DNA of 20,000 nucleotides from an uncultured virus (IMG/VR IMGVR_UViG_2061766007_004329) (lineage: Duplodnaviria > Heunggongvirae > Uroviricota > Caudoviricetes): the IMG/VR virus record IMGVR_UViG_2061766007_004329; one strand, 5' to 3'. The position numbers and the translations under genes are program-made. Positions 9,322 through 17,128 of this stretch are shown here, one piece after another. The notes beneath the pieces were generated by a model that made no database searches, was not told the DNA's origin, and saw nothing but the letters and a program-made list of their open reading frames with translations. Within the stretch, counting starts at the first letter, position 1. Every line of letters starts with the position of its first letter.

Positions 9322-10491
9322 TCAGTGATCACCCTGTGCCAGTTTCCGGAGCTCGTCAGCCATGTCATCCTGTTCCCAGGGAAGGTTCAGGTCGGTGCGG
9401 CCGAAGTGCCCGTATACGGAAACCATGCTGTAGCTGGGCGTATTCAGCTTCAGGCGCCTGATGATCGCCGAGGGCTTCAGATCAAACACCTGCTGAACCA
9501 GCCTTGCCAGCTCGTTATCCGGCTTCTTACCGGTGCCAAATGTGTTCACTGTAATGCCTACAGGATGGCACACGCCGATGGCGTACACGATGGAAACCTC
9601 GCACTGGCTGCACAGCTTTGCGGCGACAAGGTTCCGCGCGATCCAGCGAGCAGCATATGCGCCGGAGCGGTCCACCTTGCTGGCGTCCTTACCGGAGAGT
9701 GCACCGCCGCCGATGTGCCCGACAGGGCCATACTGATCCACGGCCAGCTTTCGCCCGGTCAGGCCGGTGTCGGCAGCAGGGCCGCCCAGCACAAACCGAC
9801 CGGAAGGGTTCACCAGCAGCCTTGAATTGGGTGTCCACATATCAGATCTGCCTACCGCTTTATACACGACCCGCGTCACCATGCCCTGAAGAATGTCTTC
9901 CGGCGCGTTTGGCGCATGCTGCACCGAGACGACAATAGTGTGGACATACACGCGGCCACCCTCGTACTTGAGGGACACCTGCGCTTTGCCGTCCACGCCC
10001 AGCCAAATCGTGTGCGCCGCTTCCTTATCCAGCAGTCGGCAGATGCGCTGGGCGATGATGAACGCAAGGGGCATCTTCGCGCTGGTCTCGTCGGTCGCGT
10101 AGCCGACCATGATGCCCTGGTCCCCCGCGCCCTGATCGCTGTCCGGATACCGGCCTTCCACAGCGGCGGCAATGTCCGGAGACTGGTTGTGGATGTTGAC
10201 GTAGATATCCAGGCTGTTCATGTCCTCCTCGCACAGATCCGCACGACGGTACCCGACCTGCTGGATGACACTGTCCACGATCTTGCCATAGTCCACCTCG
10301 GCACGGGAAGTGACCTCGCCGGCAATTACGATGTTGCCCGCCGTGGCCATCACCTCCACCGCAACACGGGCGTCGGGATCATAGCTCAGGTGTGCGTCCA
10401 GGATCGCGTCGGCGATCTGGTCACAGAACTTATCCGGGTGGCCGCGTCTCACGGCCTCAGCGGTTACGAGCCTTGCATTCCTTTCATTCAT
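9322..10491 (-). CDS. metK: S-adenosylmethionine synthetase (methionine adenosyltransferase)
   Basis: GHPDKFCDQIADAILD, QSPDIA, GAGDQG, DGKAQV, NPSGRFVLGGPAADTGLTGRK, GGGALSGKDASKVDRS, YGHFGR; GGAGG RBS before ATG at 10491. Confidence 0.95.
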   Translation of the reverse strand: MNERNARLVTAEAVRRGHPDKFCDQIADAILDAHLSYDPDARVAVEVMATAGNIVIAGEVTSRAEVDYGKIVDSVIQQVGYRRADLCEEDMNSLDIYVNIHNQSPDIAAAVEGRYPDSDQGAGDQGIMVGYATDETSAKMPLAFIIAQRICRLLDKEAAHTIWLGVDGKAQVSLKYEGGRVYVHTIVVSVQHAPNAPEDILQGMVTRVVYKAVGRSDMWTPNSRLLVNPSGRFVLGGPAADTGLTGRKLAVDQYGPVGHIGGGALSGKDASKVDRSGAYAARWIARNLVAAKLCSQCEVSIVYAIGVCHPVGITVNTFGTGKKPDNELARLVQQVFDLKPSAIIRRLKLNTPSYSMVSVYGHFGRTDLNLPWEQDDMADELRKLAQGDH

Positions 10492-10960
10492 GAAACGTTC
10501 CTCCAAATTCAGTAGATTGGGATTCCAGCGTCCGCCTGGTCAGCCGCCGCCAGCAGATCAGCACACGTGCCGCCACCAGTTTGCAGCCGCGCTTGACACG
10601 CATCCAGAAGTACACCGGCACATAGCCAGCGTCCTCGCCAGTCGTGAACACATCGGTGATGTACCAGATCCCATGCACTTTCCTGATGATCAGGAAAAGG
10701 CCGGACTGGTAGCAGAGCTCCTGGCATTCCGTATCCATGAAAACACCCTTTTCCTCATGGGCGGTGATGTACAGGGCCAGATCTGCTTTGATGTTGATGG
10801 ACTGAATAAAAGCGGAAACCGGAGAAGTGTTATGCTGGAGCAGCTGCTTCCAGCCGTCCCTGGTGAACTCAACGCTCACACGAGCGGACTTGAAGAGGAG
10901 CTTTGTGATCTCCGCCATGCGATGCCACATAACGGCGGGAGAAGTGAAAGATACCTGCAT
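10484..10960 (-). CDS. Hypothetical protein, 158 aa (first gene of the replication operon)
   Basis: GGAGG RBS before ATG at 10960 (MQVSFTSPAVMWHRM...); its stop overlaps the metK start. Confidence 0.65.
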   Translation of the reverse strand: MQVSFTSPAVMWHRMAEITKLLFKSARVSVEFTRDGWKQLLQHNTSPVSAFIQSINIKADLALYITAHEEKGVFMDTECQELCYQSGLFLIIRKVHGIWYITDVFTTGEDAGYVPVYFWMRVKRGCKLVAARVLICWRRLTRRTLESQSTEFGGTFHE

Positions 10961-11177
10961 GATATTGCCTCCAATCGACTTCGTTGAACCGGCCAGTCGG
11001 CCTGCTCTTTCTGAACGGAGGCTGGTATCTTCCCCCACCCGCTGTCTATGACAGAAGGGAGTGAGCCGCGGCCTCATCCGTTCACTGGTTCGCTGAGTTT
11101 CATGGATGCATCCACCTGTTCCCGACGAACGGCGCGCCTGCAGTGCGCTTTTGCCGCTTGCCTCTGGAACTGGGTTC

Positions 11178-11254
11178 ATTGTATCAGAGAAACAGGCGGG
11201 ATACCACACAGCGCGCTGTGGGTTGCGAGCCGTTTACCCACAGCGCACTGTGGG
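11178..11254 (-). promoter_or_regulatory. Extended -10 promoter with two 18-bp palindromic operators
   Basis: Minus strand TG-A-TACAAT at 11186-11178 with a poor -35. Palindromes CACACAGCGCGCTGTGGG (11205-11222) and CCCACAGCGCACTGTGGG (11237-11254). Confidence 0.65.
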
Positions 11255-11295
11255 ATGATAAACCTGCTCCTGAAAACCGGGTTAATGCTTGTAAT

Positions 11296-11330
11296 AAAAA
11301 AAGAACCACGCCCATTTTTGAGCGCAGTTC
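11296..11330 (-). terminator. Intrinsic terminator after the XRE gene
   Basis: Minus strand GAACTGCGCTCA-AAAA-TGGGCGTGGTTC followed by a run of T. Confidence 0.75.
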
Positions 11331-11688
11331 ACATGGCCTGCAGCAGATTGAAGAGAGATTCCGTCTGCCCAGTAAAAACCGTCAGCTTCTTATGATCCAG
11401 ATCGCGGGCAGCTTTTTGTGTCACGCTTCTGAGCCGGTCCACAAGAGGATCGTGTGGCTCGCCGGTCGTTCCAAACAGAAGATAGTCGGCTGAACAATGA
11501 AGTGCCGTTGCGAGTTTTCGAATACTCGTCGCTTTTGCGTCCGCCCTCCCGGATTCAATCATGGCGATTGTGTTGACGGACAGTCCGCTCAGTTCTGACA
11601 GGGCTTCCTGTGTCAGGGCTTTCTCCTGTCGGATATCATATAGCCGGAAGCCCATTTCTTTCCTGGCTCTGATTTCGTCCGCCAACAA
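11329..11688 (-). CDS. XRE-family HTH transcriptional regulator
   Basis: RLYDIRQEKALTQEALSELSGLSVNTIAMIESG...IRKLATALHCSADYLLFG; AGGAGGTG RBS, TTG start. Confidence 0.9.
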   Translation of the reverse strand: MLADEIRARKEMGFRLYDIRQEKALTQEALSELSGLSVNTIAMIESGRADAKATSIRKLATALHCSADYLLFGTTGEPHDPLVDRLRSVTQKAARDLDHKKLTVFTGQTESLFNLLQAM

Positions 11689-11742
11689 CGCACTTCACCT
11701 CCTTCTGTATGTCTTATGCCATCAATTGCCTTGTGTGATTTA

Positions 11743-11771
11743 ATTGTACACTCGCCATTTCCCTTTGTCTA
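11743..11771 (-). promoter_or_regulatory. Sigma-A-type promoter for the XRE gene
   Basis: Minus strand TAGACA-17 bp-TACAAT. Confidence 0.55.
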
Positions 11772-12033
11772 TGTACATGAACGTGATCTTTTGTTGACCC
11801 TGTTGATGTTTTGGCGACAAACTATTGATTTTTGAATTTGGTTTTTCGGTGGCTCTTTCACTCTCATGCCGCAATGCAAGTCCAAATTTGCGGCCGAACC
11901 AGCATTTCTTGCTGACGATTATGTCCTGATTGTCTGAACAACGGGGCTTTTTCGATAGGATATGGTTCTTTTAGCGTCAGGACGACACTTATCATTTGTC
12001 TCAGTCGCATTTTGATTTTTAGTTGCTTTTCTC

Positions 12034-12087
12034 TTGATTTTCCATTGACCATATGATATACTTTCTTCAGAATAGAACAGATGTTTT
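12034..12087 (+). promoter_or_regulatory. Sigma-A promoter with downstream LexA-like box
   Basis: TTGATT-17 bp-TATACT with extended -10 TG; AGAACAGATGTTTT at 12074-12087. Confidence 0.55.
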
Positions 12088-12101
12088 CAGGAGGGAATGG
12101 G

Positions 12102-13274
12102 ATGAGCGCCTGGGCTTGCCGGCTGAGCTTTGCCATATTCTACTATGCCGTTTATTACGACAACACGAATGGGCATCAGTATGAAAACATCAGCATACTG
12201 CTAGACGGCGTGCGTTTATCCTCGCTACGGAACGCACCGCCTGAATATAGGCGTCAGGATATGGCCAGCCGGTACTGCCGAGGAGACAAGGCCATTGCCA
12301 AATCAAAAGCGGCCGAGCTGAGAGGCCTGCCTGACAGGCAGCTTGTTCAGCGCATATCTGATACCAGCATCACAGATGTCGATCTGGCCGCGTCCACCAT
12401 GGCGGCACTGCTGCAATCAGACCATTTGACGCTGGACAATACGACGCGCCGCGCGCTTCTGGCCATGCCCTATACAGAAGACCCACGGTCTTTCCTGGCC
12501 AGACTACTCCGCATCGCCGTGGACTGCCCGCTGAACGCTGTTGTAAAACTGTCCGATGAGATGATTGGGGATATCATGGCCTGTCGGGAAAACGGCCGTG
12601 TCAATATGGCCGGGGTCACAAGAGATCTGCATGAACCTTCGCGACAGAATACGATTCTTCCCACTGCCTCAGGTGAAGATTCAAACCTACATGATGGCGC
12701 GGCCACCCAGGTTTTCTCGGATGGCTCATTTGCCTCTTATGCCATCCACCAGCTGCAATATCCAGAGGACAAGGAGGCGCTCAGGGAAGACTACCTTGCG
12801 CTGCATGATTGTACGCCTGTATCTCCATTTTCTGATGATGAGATGCTTGAATGCGCGGAACGCATAGCCCGTGCAGAGGCAGCGTTTGTCATTGAGTTTG
12901 AGGGCAGCGCAACCGATCTGACGGAAGTATTTCTGAATCACGTCTCCGTTGAGCAATGTTCGCTTATGGCCTTTGTGGCCGTCATGCGTTCGGAGGCGGA
13001 GTATCGAGCCCTCAGGCAGCCGCTCACGGGCTGTGTCCGTTTTGGGCTTGAAGAGCATGGAAAGATGTTTTTGGCCCATGGTCTCAATAACAATATGCCG
13101 GTACGGCGATATCGCTTCAAGCTGGTCTATGCCCTGACTCATGTGTCTGAAGAACAGAAGAAACGCTGGGCTCTGATCCGGGAACCCGGCCTGTATCCGC
13201 TCATTCAGCGGAAGCGGTATGAGGGCAACGTGCCTGATTTCCTTCTGCCGGTCAGGATATCACCCGAAATATAG
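12102..13274 (+). CDS. Hypothetical protein, about 390 aa, apparently two domains
   Basis: AGGAGG RBS before ATG at 12102; long ORF with its own promoter; polar linker (EPSRQNTILPTASGEDSNLHDG) separates two globular-looking halves. Confidence 0.75.
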   Translation: MSAWACRLSFAIFYYAVYYDNTNGHQYENISILLDGVRLSSLRNAPPEYRRQDMASRYCRGDKAIAKSKAAELRGLPDRQLVQRISDTSITDVDLAASTMAALLQSDHLTLDNTTRRALLAMPYTEDPRSFLARLLRIAVDCPLNAVVKLSDEMIGDIMACRENGRVNMAGVTRDLHEPSRQNTILPTASGEDSNLHDGAATQVFSDGSFASYAIHQLQYPEDKEALREDYLALHDCTPVSPFSDDEMLECAERIARAEAAFVIEFEGSATDLTEVFLNHVSVEQCSLMAFVAVMRSEAEYRALRQPLTGCVRFGLEEHGKMFLAHGLNNNMPVRRYRFKLVYALTHVSEEQKKRWALIREPGLYPLIQRKRYEGNVPDFLLPVRISPEI

Positions 13275-13398
13275 CGCGTTGCCATGCGTTCTGAGGGAAA
13301 ACGATAGTATGGCGCATATGGATTAAATCTGAAGGCACAGAACGGCTGTCACTTCTGCCCGGATAATCTTATCATAGGGTTGTATCACGCCAAAACCA

Positions 13399-13466
13399 AA
13401 AAGACGCCACGGCTATTCTGTCTGTTTTTTCATGCACAGAATATGCCATGGCGGTGTCTTTTATTT
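13399..13466. terminator. Long imperfect hairpin, likely bidirectional terminator between convergent genes
   Basis: AAAAGACGCCACGGCTATTCTGT...ACAGAATATGCCATGGCGGTGTCTTTT, flanked by A and T tracts. Confidence 0.6.
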
Positions 13467-13486
13467 TACTGTTGTTTCTGACTTTC

Positions 13487-14299
13487 TTATCTCAGCACCC
13501 GCCCGACAATGATCAGCTCCGATGTCACCGGACGCGGTTCGTATGCCTCGTTATAGGAATTGAGTTCTATCTTCGGATGAATGACGCCTTCGCTGTCCAG
13601 GTATTCTTCAATGTCCTCATCGTCCGGAACGACTTCGGAGTAGACCTTGATATAGCCTTTCCCCTCATAAATGAACAGCCCAACATCGCCGTCGCGCAGT
13701 GATTCGCACTTCTGAATGAATACGATCTGCCCGTCCTTGTACACCGGTTCCATGCTGTCGCCATCGACGCGGACGGCGAAGTCAGTCCCATCCGGCACCA
13801 TATCTTTCGGGAAGGATATGGTCTCATAATCCTCCTCAAACAGCTCGTCGCCCGTGCCGGCTGAAGCCGGCAGCGCAGAAAGCTTTACCTGTACCTTCTC
13901 CTGCCGATGCTTCTTCACCGTATACCTTGGATCGCTTTCCAGATACTCACGATAACGGGACAGCATCATTTTTCCTTCCGCGTTGAGCGCATCCTGCTCC
14001 GGAACAACAGCTCCGGTAAAATAGCTCAGCCCGCCTGGTATTTCCAACACATAGCAGAGTGCAAAGAGCTGATACGCACTGGGCACATTTTCGCCCAACT
14101 CCCACTTTGTGATCGCAGGTGTCTGTATACGCACGCCATACGCGGCCAGCTTATTCCTCAGTTCCGGCTGTGTCAGATTCAGCCTTCGCCGCGCTTCACG
14201 GATCTTCCGGCCGACCAGATTGTTCTCTTTCGCCTTGTCCGCCCTGTACCGGCGCGACAACTCAGGATGAAGCGCAATCACTTTTCCAGTCTTATTCAT
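13487..14299 (-). CDS. XRE-HTH / peptidase S24 (CI/LexA-like) autocleaving repressor
   Basis: HTH KIREARRRLNLTQPEL...ITKWELGENVP; Ala-Gly cleavage site ASAGTG, catalytic Ser (VDGDSMEP) and Lys (YIKVY); GGGAGG RBS before ATG at 14299. Confidence 0.9.
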   Translation of the reverse strand: MNKTGKVIALHPELSRRYRADKAKENNLVGRKIREARRRLNLTQPELRNKLAAYGVRIQTPAITKWELGENVPSAYQLFALCYVLEIPGGLSYFTGAVVPEQDALNAEGKMMLSRYREYLESDPRYTVKKHRQEKVQVKLSALPASAGTGDELFEEDYETISFPKDMVPDGTDFAVRVDGDSMEPVYKDGQIVFIQKCESLRDGDVGLFIYEGKGYIKVYSEVVPDDEDIEEYLDSEGVIHPKIELNSYNEAYEPRPVTSELIIVGRVLR

Positions 14300-14343
14300 G
14301 CCTGCCTCCCGCATCTTCTTCTTTTCTTTCCGATTATATGTCC

Positions 14344-14373
14344 ATTATACCTCTTTCCCGCTTCATTTGTCAA
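14344..14373 (-). promoter_or_regulatory. Consensus promoter for the repressor
   Basis: Minus strand TTGACA-18 bp-TATAAT. Confidence 0.75.
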
Positions 14374-14407
14374 CAAAAATTTCTATTTGGGAATTTTTCA
14401 AATCCAC

Positions 14408-14436
14408 TTGACATCTGTTTCGGAATCTTCTATAAT
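14408..14436 (+). promoter_or_regulatory. Perfect consensus sigma-A promoter
   Basis: TTGACA (14408-14413)-17 bp-TATAAT (14431-14436). Confidence 0.85.
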
Positions 14437-14449
14437 GATGCCAGATAAA

Positions 14450-14463
14450 CGAACGGGCGTTCG
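14450..14463. promoter_or_regulatory. Gram-positive LexA (Cheo/SOS) box
   Basis: CGAAC-GGGC-GTTCG matches CGAAC-N4-GTTCG exactly, just downstream of the predicted transcription start. Confidence 0.75.
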
Positions 14464-14553
14464 GAACAGACACTTGAAACGAATGCCCGCAGCATGATGC
14501 CCTGGATTCCAGGTAGCGTTTATCAGTTTTCTCAGACTGGAGGGAAGAATGCC

Positions 14554-16557
14554 ATGCCGACGATTCGGGACGACGATCCGGAAATGGATGAATCCGCGGT
14601 TGATTCAGCGGCTGTTCCTGNNNNNNNNNNNNNNNNNNNNNNNNNNNNNNNNNNNNNNNNNACAAGAGTACACAGGAAAAAGGAAATAGAATATCCTGAC
14701 ATCGTCTTTCTGGATGAACTGCTGAGGGAACGGTATGCCAGCTATATGATTGCCGCGATTAACGAGAAGCTGGTTGAAGATGAACTCAGCGGCATCGTGC
14801 GTGCGCCAGTCATCACACGGCAGGTGAGCCGAAAAGATTGCAACTTCACTGGCTTTACCTTCTGGCGCATGAACCGGACCGACTTGCTGGCGGATGTCGA
14901 TATACAGGTCATGCTGAGAATCGCGGATGAAGAGACGGAGCGGCCGTTTACCCTCTACATCTCCCTATGGATCAGTATAGACGATGACGTTCAATGTGAC
15001 CTGTATGATATCGGCAGCATCATGGACAAGCCTGCCCGTGACGCATGGAAGCTGGATCCCCATACGATCCCCATACTGGGCAACGACAACGTCGACGATG
15101 CATCGGAACTGATCTGGAATGAACGACACAAGGAGGCCATGAAGGATCCCGAACAGCGAAAGCCTGAAATTCTGGCTCAGCTGTATGGTCTGAAGATCCG
15201 GCCGATGCGCCTCGCGCGGTGTATCGAACAGGAATACATCCTGTTCTTCGACAAGGGAACTGTACTCGTGCAGGGCGAATCCGAACCGGGAACCCGAAAG
15301 CTGACGCCGCCGTGTGAAGTTCCGGTGGAGGCCAATACCATCGTACTCAACAGTGGCGTTCCCTCCTGGGACGGTGGCGAGATGGCCACCTATGCCGCCT
15401 GCTTTCAATACGAGTGGTACTATATGTTCTACCGCCTGAACCGGCTCTGCAGCACAGACCTGTCCAGGCTGGGAACGAGAAGGATTTCTGTTTCCGAAGA
15501 CCGTCAGCCCACCAACCCACTGACCTTTATCGATATCATGACGGACAAAGGCGCGTTTGGCCTGATGATGCCGCACAGCATCATGACAGGCAAAGTGCAT
15601 GCTGAATTCCAGAAGGCGGGCGTAGATCCCACAGTCGGGGATCTTTACAACAACCATAATGGCTGGCGCTATGACTACGTTATCCGGACAATTGCCGATG
15701 AATTTAGCATCAGGAAGTTCCGGGTCAGACAGTGGCTTGTCCGAGATGGCAGGATAGAGGCAAAAGGCGCCTTGAATTACAACGCCGAATTGAAGCGTTA
15801 TTTTCCATCGTTTGGGTTCAGCTCGAAGGAGACAGAAGTGAATGACGAGTTCTTTGTTTCCCGCAGGGGGCTGTACAACCTGTATAACACGGACGAGGCG
15901 TTTCGTGCAATGATGCTCACAGGCGATTTTGCCTTCGTTGACGGCCTTGTCTGTGTCAACGATACAGAGTCAGTAGCACGCAGAGGCGGCGCTTTCCATC
16001 TTCTTGCGACCGCCAATGAATGCGTACATCGCTACTGTCTGCGTTTCCAGAAAGAATATGAGGCCAAGAAAGCAGTATTCGTTTTTGATCATAATGCATA
16101 TAAGAAGTACGCGTCCGTGATCAACAGGCACAGCATTATGACGGATAAGGACCGCTTCGCGTTCAGGGAGAAGATTCTGCGCCAGATACCCGACAGCTTC
16201 ACCGGCGCACTGGACTATCTCATGAGGAGCGGTATCACAGGGCCTGGCAGTCTGAATGGGAAGATGACTGACGGAATGCTGGCCGTCATGTCCGGAGTGA
16301 GTAAAGAAACGATCACTCGCTATCATACGGAACAGAAAGCCGCCCACACACCAGACGAACTTTTGGCCATCTGCATCGGTCTCAACCTGCCGCCCTGGCT
16401 TTCCGATGTCCTGTTCGAACGGGCCAATATGAAGATTGACAGAACGGGGCCGCTCTCATATTACGGATTCATTCTGGATTGTCTGTATCTCGATACAATG
16501 AGTGCCATCACGGCGTTCATCGCTAACGCTCATTTCAACGAGCTGGAACTGGGATGA
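14554..16557 (+). CDS. Large ImmA/IrrE-like protein with C-terminal HTH; metallopeptidase motif degenerate (N-gap near the 5' end)
   Basis: Layout recalls clostridial ImmA/IrrE-HTH fusions: IPIL...PEILAQLYGL...NTIVLN...GLMMP...IADEFSI...FVDGLVCVN...YCLRF...IPDSFTGAL...MTDGMLAVMSGVSKETITRY...LLAICIGLNLPPWLS. No HExxH present. Start and frame across the 41 Ns are uncertain. Confidence 0.6.
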   Translation: MPTIRDDDPEMDESAVDSAAVPXXXXXXXXXXXXXXTRVHRKKEIEYPDIVFLDELLRERYASYMIAAINEKLVEDELSGIVRAPVITRQVSRKDCNFTGFTFWRMNRTDLLADVDIQVMLRIADEETERPFTLYISLWISIDDDVQCDLYDIGSIMDKPARDAWKLDPHTIPILGNDNVDDASELIWNERHKEAMKDPEQRKPEILAQLYGLKIRPMRLARCIEQEYILFFDKGTVLVQGESEPGTRKLTPPCEVPVEANTIVLNSGVPSWDGGEMATYAACFQYEWYYMFYRLNRLCSTDLSRLGTRRISVSEDRQPTNPLTFIDIMTDKGAFGLMMPHSIMTGKVHAEFQKAGVDPTVGDLYNNHNGWRYDYVIRTIADEFSIRKFRVRQWLVRDGRIEAKGALNYNAELKRYFPSFGFSSKETEVNDEFFVSRRGLYNLYNTDEAFRAMMLTGDFAFVDGLVCVNDTESVARRGGAFHLLATANECVHRYCLRFQKEYEAKKAVFVFDHNAYKKYASVINRHSIMTDKDRFAFREKILRQIPDSFTGALDYLMRSGITGPGSLNGKMTDGMLAVMSGVSKETITRYHTEQKAAHTPDELLAICIGLNLPPWLSDVLFERANMKIDRTGPLSYYGFILDCLYLDTMSAITAFIANAHFNELELG

Positions 16558-16573
16558 TGGGAGGTGCGATTAG

Positions 16574-16783
16574 ATGATCTGCTGCTGCGAAAAATGCCGA
16601 TTCGTTTTTGAAAGCGTCGTTCTTTTGAAACAGTGTCCCGACTGCGGGCATGGGCCTGTGCGCGCTGCGTCAGGCAAGGAATCGGCGGAGTATGCCGCCA
16701 ACCGCAGGCTTTACGGTTCCATGCCGGTCTATGGCGCGAAGCGTCTTTCCGGCATTCGGGGCACCGCGACCGCATCATGCTGA
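16574..16783 (+). CDS. Small Zn-ribbon protein
   Basis: GGAGGTG RBS; CEKC-x12-CPDCG. Confidence 0.7.
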   Translation: MICCCEKCRFVFESVVLLKQCPDCGHGPVRAASGKESAEYAANRRLYGSMPVYGAKRLSGIRGTATASC

Positions 16784-16806
16784 CATACTTTTTTTGATCC
16801 TTTTGT

Positions 16807-16820
16807 CGAACATATATTCT
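16807..16820. promoter_or_regulatory. LexA-like box
   Basis: CGAACATATATTCT (GAAC-N4-ATTC) just upstream of the RBS of the 59-aa gene. Confidence 0.5.
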
Positions 16821-16838
16821 GCTTGGGAGGTGTTGTTG

Positions 16839-17018
16839 ATGACTGCGTCAATGAACGAGCTGCAAGGCAAGGATACAGAATTTCGTAAGCTGGCATTCCA
16901 GCCAAAAGGCTTTTTCACAAACGACGGGTATGTTGGTTTTCTGCCGGACGGGCGCAGGCTGTCATTCCCCACTTATGCGGAGTATCTTGAGTATGTTGCA
17001 GAAATGGATGCCGCATAG
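16839..17018 (+). CDS. Small hypothetical protein, 59 aa
   Basis: GGGAGGTG RBS; MTASMNELQ...KGFFTNDGYVGFLPDGRRLSFPTYAEYLEY. Confidence 0.65.
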   Translation: MTASMNELQGKDTEFRKLAFQPKGFFTNDGYVGFLPDGRRLSFPTYAEYLEYVAEMDAA

Positions 17019-17128
17019 CATCAGCCAGAGGGCGCCGCATAGCGTAGGCCAATACACCCGTTCATCATGAGGAGAGGCTGAAAGCCTCGATTCTATCATG
17101 TTTTTGACATTATGGGAGGACTAATATC

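Noticed and set aside
64..10987. Numerous plus-strand ORFs of 100-319 aa
   Set aside because: Antisense shadows of GC-rich minus-strand genes, with no recognisable motifs.
11058..11082. Hammerhead ribozyme (minus strand CGGATGAGGCC...GGCT)
   Set aside because: The core should be CUGAUGA and the stem should be followed by GAAA; neither holds.
11040..11206. Canonical SAM-I riboswitch upstream of metK
   Set aside because: Only fragments resemble it; there is no AUC-xAGAG P1/J1-2 junction, no L2 pseudoknot loop and no GGUGC P3 partner. Kept only as an unclassified structured leader.
10961..11209. N-terminal extension making the first operon gene 241 aa
   Set aside because: It would start inside the operator, upstream of the predicted -10, with no RBS; ATG 10960 has a good GGAGG.
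17010..17043. Direct repeat GCCGCATAGC x2
   Set aside because: Only two 10-bp copies; too little to call an att site, array or operator.
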